From contig MU053379.1 in assembly GCA_013239625.1 (NCBI GenBank), forward strand, positions 2,276,866-2,340,865: DNA of 64,000 bases, written 5' to 3'. The notes under the pieces were generated by a model. The model did not search any database, was not told the origin of the DNA, and saw only the letters and a program-made list of their open reading frames with translations. Of the stretch, positions 34,735 through 46,450 are shown in pieces. Each line of letters opens with the position of its first letter. Position 1 is the first letter of the stretch. The translations under genes and the position numbers were made by a program. The DNA is from Lama guanicoe. Its lineage: Eukaryota.

Positions 34735-35519
34735 GCAAGTTTTGCAGTGGTTTCCTGAAGATGGGATTTATTCCTTTACTCTCCATTCTCTTTCTTTCCT
34801 CCTTTATTTCCCGTTCTTTCCCACACTCAGGCACAGCCGAGAACCCTGGGGGTCATGAGGAGAAGCCAGTCTTGCTTGAAAACAGCAGCGCTTTCGGAAG
34901 GCCTGCCACCAGCCAGGCCCTGCTCAAGGCACATTCTGTGCTCTTGCCTCACATCAGACTCAAGGGCCACTGTTTTTCCCCCATTTTACAGATGAGACAA
35001 CTGAGGCCCAGAGAGGTGCTGTCATCTGTGTGTCATGGTGTCTGGCACATTCAAGTGCTCAACGAGCATGTGCTGTCACCTGTAGAAAGAGCAGCTATGT
35101 CTTCATTTGAGCCCACAGTGCAGGTGTTTATTCACACGGTGATGCTCGGAAGCTCAGTGAGGGCACAGGGGTGGGGCCGGGAAGGGGGAAAGGCCTTTCG
35201 GGCTGGGACCAGGAGCAAGGGACCACTGTGGGTCCCTGGGGCTGAGTCCCACAGAGGACCTGTGACAGACCGTGTGGGATGCATCCTGGAGTTGTCCCAC
35301 CCAGAGTCATGGACACTGGGGTATTCCCAGAGAAATCACAAGGACTGTTGAAAGCCATTGTGAACTTCATGAGTACATCCTGTAAGCTGCCACATTTGTC
35401 CAGGGAAGGAAACGGGAGAATCTGTTGTGCAGGATTCTGCTGGCACCCTGTGCTCCCACTTCGTTCCCCGCGTCAGCTCCCGCTGGGCAGCAGACCGCCC
35501 AGCGGCCGTGGGGAAGTTA

Positions 35520-35925
35520 ACCCTGAGCACCGATTTAGCTCATGCGGTATAGGTGGGCTGGGGCTTGGCGGGTCTGGACTGGGCTGGCCAGGCAGCTCTG
35601 CGGATCTCAGCCTGGCAGCTCCCACTGAGGGGACGAGGGTGGGGCTGATCCAGGCTGGCTTCGTCTGGGCGACTCCGCTAACGGCCTGGGTCCAGCTGGC
35701 TTGGTCTCTGGCTAGGGTCCAGGGTCAAGGCTGCTCCACCCGAGTGCATGCTGAGTCCAGGCTTGTGGGCAGTAGCAGCCCACAGGGGCCAGTGCTACGA
35801 CCGTGGCAGAGGCCCGGGGTGCAGGTGGAAACCCAGAGCCTCTTGACAGACGCTCCTACATTCCTGTGTTATGACTTTATGAGTCACAGGACCACACCCA
35901 AGTCCAGGGCTGAGAGGTAAAGTCA
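35520..35925 (-). mobile_element. Old MaLR LTR (MLT1H/I/J-like)
   Basis: ATTTAGCTCATG...GGGCTGGCCAGGCAGCTCTG...GTGGAAACCCAGAGCCTCTT...AGTCACAGGACCACACCCAAGTCCAGGG. Confidence 0.5.
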
Positions 35926-37125
35926 GCCCTCCCGGGCAGGTGTTGGCTGTTGCTGACCTTGGTCAGGACCCACGAGGCCCTCTGCCCTGCTGCCCCTGCT
36001 TCTTCCGAACTGGGCAACACGATGTGAAAGGTGAAGGCCTTCGCCAGTCCCAGTGTTAGTTATAACTTTGGACAAACTCCCAAATCTTTCATGATAGTCT
36101 AAGCTGTTATTAGTGGGGGTGACATGGTTATTAAAGGCTGCACATCCTCTAGTTCCAGGAGCCTCTGTCATCTCAGACCTTCACCGGGAGTCCTGTCTCG
36201 TCTTGTGCCCTGGCCTTGCTCCTCGCGGACCCAGGAGGCAGCCAGAGGGGTCGGGCTCCCTCAGGGACCCCCTCCCACCTCCTGGGCCGCCGCCTAGAGG
36301 GTCGGACTTGGCATCAGCGCCTGCCGGTCGCTCCGGCGCGTCCCAGTGAAATAAGAGCGGCCCGCGGGGCAAGTAAATCAGCTACGTCGATGTGTGTGTT
36401 TCCCTGCGTTCTAGGGGAAGGCCCTGCGTTCTGTGAAAATGTCACTTCTTCGCCGCTCACAGCGCCCTGGCTCTCTCCCCTGGCACGGACACCGTTTATC
36501 TGGAAGGAGACGCGGCGCTTTTCTGTCGGCTGGAATTAGCAGCCGTAAATTTACAGGACTTTTTCCAAGTGAGCATGGAAAAGACTTGCTGTTTTTGCGA
36601 TTCGTGAGCTCTAAGTCATACAGCATATGCTCTGGGCGGCTTGACTGCTGTGTTCTGGCCCCGCAGAGAAGGTCTGCGGAAGAGGCCTAAGCCTTGAAGG
36701 ATGAACACGTCTCTCCAAACCCTCGTAAGTTATTTATGCCGTGTTGGCGTGTTGGCCGAGCAAGCTGGACCTTCATCTAGTGTCTTCACGATGGAACCCC
36801 ACTCGGCCCAGCAGAGCTTTCTCAAAACCCATCAGTGCAATCATGTGCCTTTTTAATGCTGTTAAAATGCCCATGGGCTTCGTGGCTTGTTTCCATCTTT
36901 GTAAATCCATGAGGATTGGGCAGAAAGTACCAGATGTGTGAGCCAATTAGTGTGTCACTTCTGGGTGGGAAGGATGGTGGGGGAGCGGAGAGATGAGATG
37001 GGGAGGGAGCAGCTGCATTAATGAGCAGATGACCACTGTGGGCAGGTCCCACTGGGGAGGTCCGGGAGATGGCGTTGACCTCACCTCAGCATTGGATCAT
37101 CCAATGGGCATTTATGCATCACCCC

Positions 37126-37197
37126 CCATCCGTCACTGGTGAGGACCATTCCATGGGGCAACCAGCCATCACTGGTGAGGACCATTCCACGGGGCAC
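37126..37197. repeat. 36-bp tandem duplication
   Basis: TCACTGGTGAGGACCATTCCA at 37133 and 37169. Confidence 0.9.
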
Positions 37198-37659
37198 TAG
37201 CTCTGTGGCCTTCTGGCCCGCCCATGAGTGAGCCAAGCATGCTCCGGCCGTCAGAATCTTCAGATCAGAGAGAGCCATGGGTTTTTGCAGTGGGAAACCC
37301 TTGTGTTTGGGACTGGCAGCTGCTGAGGGGACATGAGTGAGGCACCCTTAGCATCTGCTACCGGGTGTGCCAAAGAGTTTAAGGAATGGAAGGAGGGAAC
37401 TGTAGCTCTTAAATCTGAGCACCGCAGATGCTGAACACCCCTGAGGTCTTTGGATGGGATGGGAAAAGGGAAGTGTTCTTTTTGCATTGCTATTTAATTT
37501 ATTTAATTTTGTCACAGTCATGCCATGCAACATTATCCAATCACTAGAAAAGGAAGAGGAACTACTGTAATGATGTGAAACTGTCTTCAAGTTACAGTTT
37601 TGAGTAAGAAAAAAAGCACAGTACAGAACAATCTTTAGAGTATGTTCCCATTTATGAAA

Positions 37660-38320
37660 AATAGCTTTGTTGGGATATAATTCACATGTCGTAAGACTCA
37701 CCTGCTTTGCGTTACAGGTGTGAGTGTCTTAGCGCGCCTTTGCAGGTTTCTAGCAGTCTCACGTGCCGCGCGGTCTTTTGCGTCGGGCTGCTTTCGCCTG
37801 GTCGTCCGTGTTTCTCGTGCGTCAATCGTTCGTTCCCTTTCTACCGTGGAAAAGCACTTCGCTGTACGGATGTGTCACTTTTTGTTTACCCATTCTCCTG
37901 CTGATGGACATTTGGAGGGACTTTGGTTTTATTATGTGTGTCATGAGCTGCTGTGAATGTCCACACGCAAGTCCTTAGGTGGACACAGAGCTCTATTTCT
38001 TTCGGACAGGTACTTACGAGTGAAGCTTTTGGGCCGTATGATGAGTATTTGTTTAGTTCTTTAAGAACAGGGAGCTGATTTCTTCGTATCCTCACTGACA
38101 GTTGGTGGTGTCAGTTTTTTCATGTTCGCCGTCCTGATAGAAGCGTGGTCGCATCTTACTGAGGCTTTAGCATTTCCCCTCGATTAAGGACGCTGAGTAT
38201 CTCTTCATGTGCCCGTTTGCGATTCGGTTATCTTCTTCGGCGAAGTATCTGTTCAGATCACTTCTCATCTTTGCGTTGGGTTCTTTGTCTCCTTGTTGAT
38301 TCATAAAGATTCTGGACTAT
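37660..38320 (-). mobile_element. Old L1 (L1MB/ME-like) 3' end, unusually CpG-rich
   Basis: AGCTTTGTTGGGATATAATTCACAT, CCCATTCTCCTGCTGATGGACATTTG and GCATTTCCCC...GCTGAGTATCTCTTCATGTG motifs. Confidence 0.8.
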
Positions 38321-38984
38321 CGCCATGTTTTTTCTGTAAGTTCAAAATTATTTCCAAGTAAAAAATTTTTTAAAGCCTAGCCCCCGTCTCTCTCCCCTCG
38401 CCGCATCCAAATGGTACGCCTGGAATTGTTTCGTAGCATGGACATCCTCGCTGAAAGAACTGAGGGACGAGAACAGATTTTGAATCTTTTGCCAGAAAGA
38501 GTCACTACCTGATAACAACACAGTAGGTCTTTTTTAAATTGAGACACACCTCCTTGACCACTGTTTCTCTGTGAACGAGCAGTTGGCTACAGACTGTCCA
38601 GTGGAGGTCTGGGCGGGGCTGCGCAGACGCGTTCTTGCAGCGGGGGTGCAGGTGCACCTGCGTCCGCAGGGGGCTCCCCGCCGCCCAGCCGCTCACGCTG
38701 ACCCTGGCGGGGCAGAGTCGCCCTCCTTCACGTCCCACCAGAGCCACTGCTTCCTCCACAGCTTCCCACCTAATGAGAGTGAACCAAGTCCATGCCTGTA
38801 GCTCAGTGCCCTGAGTTCAAACAGAAATTAACGGGCTGGTTTTGTCCATAGCAGATGGAATAAGTATGCTCAGGCGGAGAAGAAAGTGGATCCAACCCAC
38901 TTGCCACCCCCCTGACCAGCCAGGTGGGCTCATACTTACCGACGTTCAATTTTCCAAATATTTAGTGAGCCTCCGCTGTTCCTT

Positions 38985-39240
38985 GTTTCATTCATCCGTT
39001 AAACCTTTATGAACTCCTAACATGCATCACACAGTGTTTGAGGCTGGTGGGGCGGGGGGTGGTTAGCAGTGAACCAGAGGGGCAAAGGGCATTCCCCCAA
39101 GAGGCTTCCATCCTTTAGGATGGAAGGAATAGATGGATGCAAGTGGGAGAAACACACACGAAGTAATTAAGAAATAAAGACATAATACACACGTCAGGTT
39201 ATAATAAGCACTACGAACTGAAATAAAAACACAGTAAGGC
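38985..39240 (-). mobile_element. L2 3' end
   Basis: TTCATTCATCCGTTAAACCTTTATGAACTCC...AGCAGTGAACCAGA pattern. Confidence 0.55.
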
Positions 39241-40037
39241 GGTGGACACAGGTGGGTTCATAAAACTTCTGGAAGGATGTGCTACAAAGATTAACAAGCA
39301 GATCTGTGGTTTTAAATTTTTTATTTATTTTAGTTACTTGTTTTCTAATTTTTATAACAAACTTGTATTCCTTTTTTTTGATTAAAAAGTTATTCTGAAT
39401 TTTAAAACATTAGATTTGAATGTCCATGTGATTAACTATCACTGGTGGTGTCATAATTTTGCAACCAAAATTATTGGAAAAAATCACTTAGAAAATAATA
39501 CATAGTCTTTATTATCTGGGGTGTGGCTTCTGCACATTTTAAGAATTTTGATGTTTGGAAGTATAAGCTAAATAAATTATAGAAAAGATGTGTTTATCAA
39601 ATGCCTTTCTGATGGGCAGTTTGGAATGATGGGTGACCCCTTCAAGTGCTGGTAAAGTACAGATTTTGCTAAGTTGGTCAGAATAGAAAATGGTAGCATT
39701 AAATGCAAGATGCAGAGACCAAACCATCTGAGCCCCAAATGCTGTTTCTGACATTGTTTTGTTTTGTTTTCACTGGCAAATGGGACGGCAGATGTGTGTC
39801 TAGGAGTTCACACAACAGAACAATGAAGTGGAGAGTTCAGTCATTGGATTAACTGGGTGCAAGCAAATTCTCACACTTGGAAAATTCTGGCAAAAATAAA
39901 ACATTTCAAAGCCCGAGCCACCTCTTTGCCTGGGGCTCAGCTCCCTGGAACCCACACGCATGCAACACACAGGTGCATGCATCACACAGGTGCTGGCGGG
40001 GGCGATCGCGTTGCCCCTCTCCCTCCCTCTGCTCCTC

Positions 40038-40189
40038 CCCAGGGCCTCCATGCCTCCGACTCTAGCCTTTTCACTGATTGCTGCCACTTTCCAGTAAAGG
40101 TGACACTTTGTTTCCCAGGGCCTCCATGCCTCCGACTCTAGCCTTTTCACTGATTGCTGCCACTTTCCAGTAAAGGTGACACTTTATTT
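40038..40189. repeat. 76-bp near-perfect tandem duplication
   Basis: Copies at 40038-40113 and 40114-40189 differ at one base (G40110 vs A40186). Confidence 0.97.
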
Positions 40190-41094
40190 CGTAATGTCGC
40201 CACTGATTATAACAACCGCTCACAACCGGGAGGTCACAGGACACTCCCACACAGCGTGCCCAGCCCAGGCCATTCTGCCCACACCGTCACGTTATCCCAC
40301 TTCTTGTCCAGGCTGACTTTAAAATCCACTTGGGAATAAATCCAGTGCTATCTGAATAGCAGTTACGTTTGATGGTTTGCGAACTTGGTCATGTTTTCTT
40401 GTAACTAATTGAGGTTCAGAGTTACGCGTTTAAGCAGGATAAGGAGACTCAGAGTCCAGGTCCACATGGATTAACATTGGCTTTAAGTCTGAGCTTTGTG
40501 GCTCTGTTCATTGTTTCCAGGGATTTCCATTGTTTCAGAGTGACTGATCCCAGTAGCTCTTAGGTTTCTTTTTTGTTTGTTTTTCACTTCCTTGTTGATT
40601 GGATTCTAAGGAGCCCAACTTGCATTCCCTGGCTTGACGTCCCTACATAACTCATTATTGAGAAATTAAATGATGATACTTGAGTGAATGCTTACAATGA
40701 GGCAAGAATTCTAGGTACAAAGATAAAGTGCACTTTAAGCAAAAGTTAGCGCTTTAAAGTTTGATGGTATTCAACAAAGATTAACCAAGGCGTATAAAGG
40801 ATTATTTGAGATTGAGTGAAAAGTAATATGTTGACTTTCTTATGACGAATACCAACTTCACTAAATAGCATTCGTTTATTTTTATGTAAATTCATTCTGC
40901 ATTGTAAGAGTTCGCTTTTGCCATAAATAGTTTCATTAACTTTGTTTCTAAAATACTGCTTTTTTTTTCTTCCTTGGACTTGAAAAAGCAGAAGTTACAG
41001 TGACACACTCGTGTGGCATCTGCTGCTGCGTAAGAGTGTGTGCCGTGTTTTCATTTTCAGTTGTTTTTTTCCCTCCCTTCGCCTTTTCCTTTAG

Positions 41095-41205
41095 TTAATG
41101 TGAATCACATTGTATTTTCCGCCCCTGAGCACTGATTCATTGCCATCCACTTCCTCCGGAGCGCTGCCCACCGCAGTCCTCCGGGAAGCGGGTTAGTCAC
41201 AGCCG
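41095..41205. promoter_or_regulatory. Candidate enhancer or alternative promoter (AP-1-like/ETS/GC box)
   Basis: TGAATCA (41101), CCGCCCC (41119), TGATTCA (41133), CACTTCCT (41148), TTAGTCA (41193), at an AT-rich to CpG-rich transition. Confidence 0.4.
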
Positions 41206-43840
41206 AGCCAGGCACCTCGCGTACTGCTGTCAGCTCCGGCTCCGGCAGCCGTGCCTGGAGCGGGAAGATGAAGGCTGCTGTAGTGTCGTCCTTTGGGCAG
41301 GGACTCGGCTTCCGCGTGGGGGTCTGTGTGGCTCCTCGTACTCCCTGCGTGCACCTTTACAATAGGACATGCAGGCAGACTGAAGTTGAGATGGACAGAG
41401 TCTCATCTGGCCAAGAATGTTTTCGGGCACACTTCTGCCCCCAGGAAGTGGACATCAGAGTTGCTCAGAGCCCCGGGCCGGCGGCACCTGCGTGATGTTT
41501 GTGGATGGGCAGGATCTTAATATGTTGATGCGATTCTGAAAAACTTGGAACAGCTTTCTTTATGTCCAACATGTTTTTCTTTAATCCACTTGAGTCTAAT
41601 TGCAGAAAATTTCAAGTCAAAGGGTTTTCTTCATAGGCTAGACTGTGAAGGACATTGCTAAGGTCGTGCCTCAATCAGACCCAGACCTGGTTGCTGGGTT
41701 TCATCTGGCACGTGGCATCACTGATTGACAGCTTGCGGCCACCTGTCCCCAGGGTGTGGCTGCCGGCTTCCTGCCGTTTGATGTCCCCTGCCCTAAGGGT
41801 GCCACGGCTGCCATCTCCACCATCGGGAGAACGCATTAATCTTCCTGTTCAGACTGAAGCCTCTTCAGGTTTTGGAACTAAAGCAGTGGAATAGCAGAGA
41901 CACACGGTCTGCCAGTCAGACAGACTGAACATGGTGCCGGAAGGTCACATTCTGCTCTGAGCCCTGGGTGGTTTTGGGGAACTATTTTTGCCTCATGGGG
42001 TTTCTTTGGAAGTTAAGAGGTGGGAAGGCCAACGGAAATAGTGTGTCCAGGTAAGGGCTGGACGCGGCGGACCCGTGGTCGGGGCTGGGCACACGGACAT
42101 TGGATGGACACACGGGAAGTGCAAGTTCTCAACGCTCTGTGGTAAAAGGACGCCAGCTCTGTCTCCCTGCAAAGATGGAGCTCTTGCCCGAGGACTCGGC
42201 TCCGGCCTGTGCTGTCCCTCGCCTGGAAGCTCTGGGGACCGCGGAGCGTGGCAGCCTTCCTGCTCGGTCAGAAGGAGCGTCGGCACGCTGCTGAGCAGAG
42301 CCTCGCTCGACCCCAGCGCGCGCGCTGCCGGCGCCAAGGTCTCGGGTGGGTCAGTTAGCCTATGGGCCTCACGTTTGTCACTGATGGAAGCGGAGTCGGG
42401 CCAGCTCTGCCTGAAGGCCCGGAGTGCTGTGCTGAAAAGGGCTCTGGTCCCCCACGGGGAAACAGCACCACAGCTGATGATCAGTGTCACAGGAGAGGCA
42501 GCGCCTGGGAGCCGCCGTTCACGTGCTGCGGGGTCGCTCACCCCCGCCCCCACCCCGTGCTGACGGCGCCCTGAGATGTGAGCCACGGCAAGTCTGGAAG
42601 GCGCACTTGTTACTGACACCACGGGCCGCTGGCTAGCCTGAACGTTGGCCAGAAACCGATACGAGCGTAGAAATGAAGTCAGCCGCAGGGCGAGGGCAGG
42701 ACCCTAAGGCTGTTCCTCCAAACTGGGTTCACACCCTCTCCAGTGGGAGCCCCAGAGCCAGGGCATTGGTCTCCCTTGGGAGCCAGTGCCCGGCCGGGAA
42801 GCTGGAACAGTCCCTGCAGTTCTGGGATTTGTGGGCCGAGGAAAATACATTACTTTCCCAAAAGGTGCCTTTGATGAGCTTAGAACTAGAAAGTGAGTGG
42901 TTAGTGGTTACTTCCCAGGGGTGACTGTTCGGGGCTAGAGGCGCTGTGTGCGCCCAGTCCCCTCCGCCAGCATCAGGCAGGCCAGGGGGCTCTGAGAAAC
43001 CGCTTCCCGGAAGCCCCTTCGGCCTGGGCTACCACCCTCACCGAGTGCTCGGCTGTGGTTGTCTGGCCACTGCTGGCTGCCACAGTGAGGAGGGGGACTT
43101 TGTGTCAGTGCGACTCCAGTAATGTTTCCTCTCTGTAGCCTTTTATTTATTTCACATCGTAGTCATTTCACAGGACTTAATTTAGGGAACTAATTGGATG
43201 CAGAGTGAGCTGGTCCCAGAACGCTGCTGCAGGTGGTGCTGACCTCTGACCTGGACGAGCCCCTGACTTTGCATCTCAGATTTCAACAGCGTTATCCTTT
43301 GGCCATCCCGCCCACGCTAACGCTGTCTCCACCCCCGAGCCCCTGCTCAAGTTCCGAGTTCATATCCGACTCTCCGGTCTCCTCCACTTCGGTGACCCAC
43401 AGTCCCTTCAAATTCAGCTGATCTAAAGTCTGGCTGTGTTGTTTATGCCACTGTATCTGCTGTACCTGGATGCTGTATTTTGATGAACTGTACCACCTTC
43501 TACCCAAGTTTCCTACAGATGAAACCTGAGTATTACCTGGGACTCCTTCCCCTCTACCCACACGTATCAGACCCTGACCCCGTAAGTAGATCTCACGTAT
43601 GTGCCCCCCTTTTAAGTGCCATCATCTCCACCCCCACCCGGTTGGCCACGCAGCGTCCCCCTCCCACTCAGGTGTTAAGTTATGTCTTGGCCTCACCCAC
43701 AGGGTCCAAATCTAAATGTGTCTGCAGGGCCTGCAGGAAGATCTGCCCTGTCCGCCCTCAGGTGCCTTTCTGCAGAATCCCTGGGCTCCAGCAGTAGTGA
43801 GCAGGGCTGGGCTTGTGGTTTTTCCAAAGCACTTGTTCAC

Positions 43841-43951
43841 CTGTCACTTTTTTTTCCTAAGAAAGCAAAGTGAGGGTTTATTAAGCGACTGTACGCTCCC
43901 CAGGGGAGAGTGGCAGACGCAGGCGGGTGCTGCCCTGAGTCGCACTGTCAC
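43841..43951 (-). mobile_element. Short LTR-derived retrocopy with poly(A) tail and direct repeats
   Basis: 43859-43940 aligns to 33254-33341 of the solo LTR. T8 at 43848-43855. CTGTCAC at both 43841-43847 and 43945-43951. Confidence 0.65.
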
Positions 43952-44945
43952 GGCTCCCTTCTGAGTGGCATTTCTCTCTGCCGGGAATCCCTTTCACTGC
44001 CTACACATCCTTCCAGCCTCAACTCTGAGGTTGCCTTCTTGGTAAAGCAGCCCTGGCCTCTCTCAGAGGAACTTTTTACACGTGGTATCTTCTGTCGTCG
44101 TGGTGCTGGTCACAAGTCTCAGCCTGAGCAGAGGTCTCGTGAGCATCTGGGTGCAGAGGGCAGCCCTTTGGTTTGTCTTCTGTATCTCACCGACTGCCTG
44201 GTGTCCTCTAGAGGAATGGTTGAGCGGGTTGTGGGTTGGGGTGCACCCATCCTCAGGGTGTAGGCTGGGACAAGGAGACCCAGGAAAGTGGAGTCCGGGA
44301 TGAGAGCAGGCTCATTCCTCTCCCACACGCTCCTGGGGGGTGTTTTCGGGCTCCCCAGGAGTACGGTCTCCCGAATCTTCAGGCCCGCGGAGTTTGTTCT
44401 AGCCTGTGTTTCATCCTTTAAGATGGACCCAAGTGTATTTTATTTCTCATAAGCTTAGAGGTCCGTGCAGACCAGCAGTGGCGCAGGACGTCTAGTTCCC
44501 CAGGACAAGGTGGGGGCGTAGGCACTGCCTGGATTTGACCAGTGGCAGCTCTGCTGGGATGGCAGCGCCCTGTTTTTTCCTGTTAGGCTTCCTGTGTTTA
44601 CCCAAAGCTTAGAGATGAATTTCTAATAATAAATCCAAAGAATGACAAGAATTTTCAGGGGCTGATCAGTGGAATAAATGGAAGAGCCCCTGTAAGTGTG
44701 AGGAGAGCAGGAAGGAAGGAACTTTAAAAGATTTTCACAAATCTTTTTCCAAGAAAAGATTTGAAACTGATGTTCTGATTTTGTCTTTGAAGTGCTCTTG
44801 CTCAGGGCCTTCCCTCCCTGACCCTCTCTAAGTGCCTTTATTCTATGAGATGTCTGAATCACGCTGACTTAAGAGTCCTGGGTGTGGCTCTGCGGCTGGT
44901 GCTCAGCCTCCCAGGCCCAGCAGGTGCTCACCGATTGACACTAAT

Positions 44946-45018
44946 GAGAGAGAAAGAGAGAGAGAGAGAGCGAGAGCGAGAGCGAGAGAGCGAGAGAGCG
45001 AGAGAGAGAGAGACACAC
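44946..45018. repeat. (GA)n/(GAGAGC)n microsatellite
   Basis: Directly visible. Confidence 0.95.
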
Positions 45019-45309
45019 GCATGGTTACAGCTCCTGAACCCTGCAACACCGTGTACATCTGTTTGGATGGGCATAATGTTTTAATTATTTATGGTCCCTA
45101 CTGCTCATGCTAATACACGCATTATTGTGGTTAAATAATTTTGACATAATTTAACCTGAAAAGTGCTTTGTATGCATTTAATGTAGTATTTCTTCACAAT
45201 GGACTTTGTAGAAGGAAGTGGCTGTTTGCAAAAATACTTCTTATCCCGGCCTAGGAACTTAGTCAACCACACTTCAAACTTTACAAAATGGTTCTAGTAA
45301 TTACTAACA

Positions 45310-45465
45310 ATCATTAGAATAGCTGACCCGTATTAAGGACGTACTGTACCTCAGGCATTGTGCTAAGAAGTGCTTTTCCGTAATTTCACTGAATTCCCGT
45401 TTTACAGATGAAGAAACTAAGGCCGAAGGAGACCGAGTAGCTACTCAAAGCCTCCCACTTAGTGA
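45310..45465 (-). mobile_element. MIR SINE (representative; weaker MIR cores also near 7900, 12800, 28150, 34975, 52690, 55500, 58790, 59220)
   Basis: MIR core CCCGTTTTACAGATGAAGAAACTAAGGC preceded by CAGGCATTGTGCTAAG. Confidence 0.8.
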
Positions 45466-45994
45466 CCCTGGGGGTGGACTCCTCCCTGTTTTAATAGTCC
45501 CAGAGCCATAGCAAGAGAGGTTGCTGACTGCTGGGGCTTCTATCTCAAATCAAAGCTGACTGACAGTGAGCATGTGACAATGTTCATGTGCTGAAATCCG
45601 GAGACGGAGTTAAGTTCCATTTCCTCCCTTAGCAGCTGTTGGATCTTGGAGCAAAGGTGAGCGCGTGGCCCTGAGACCTGCTTTGCTCCCTTCCAGCCCG
45701 GGGGCTGCACGAGCCCGGCTCCGGGAGTCACTGTGCGAAAGCGCTTTGAGGGCTGGACCCGAGCAAGCTGCTGCTCCGGAGCCTGGCGACCCTCTCCTTC
45801 TTGGCGACCCTCTCCTTCCTGGAAGAAGCCTGGGGCGGAGAAGGAAGCGTCTGAGACTTTTCCTGCCCCCACTTATCAAAGGGGTTGTATCTCCCTTGGG
45901 TCGAACGTGAAATGATTTTGGATGGACCAAAGATAAATCTTTTCTGAGGTTAGGGATTAATTTAATTTCTTTTTTTGGTGAAAGGTGCTGTTTT

Positions 45995-46450
45995 ATTTTT
46001 ACTCTCTATTAGGAATTTCTGAATGTACACAAAGTATAGAGATTGCTATAATGAACACCAGTGTCAACATCACCCAGCTTGGATATTTATTAACGCCTTG
46101 CATATTGCATTTAATCTATCTCTTTATTTGTGTTGTTTTGCTAGAATGTTCGAAAGGAAACTAGAGATATACTTTGACCCATAACTACTTCACTGTGGCT
46201 TCAGGATGTATGCCAGTAGACGAGGACTTTTAAAAAACACACACAATTACAGACCCAGCAAAATTAACTGATTAATACCATGTGATTCCCATTTCAAGGT
46301 CAATTTTCTCCAACTGTCAAAAATGTCTCTTTATACCTTGTTTAAATCAGGCTCCAAACCAAGTTCGCACGTTGCATTTAACCTGATGTGTCTCTTAAGA
46401 CACTTGGAATCCACAGAACCACATCCCTGCTTATGATTTATTTGTTCTTT
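45995..46450 (-). mobile_element. Old L1 (L1MC-like) 3' end
   Basis: TATAATGAACACC...CATCACCCAGCTT and AAATCAGGCTCCAAACCAAG...TTGCATTT...TGTCTCTTAAG. Confidence 0.65.

Noticed and set aside
38931..38941. ATACTTACC matching the U1 snRNA 5' end
   Set aside because: Similarity stops after 9 nt, so it is not a U1 copy. As a minus-strand donor it has no evident partner acceptor.
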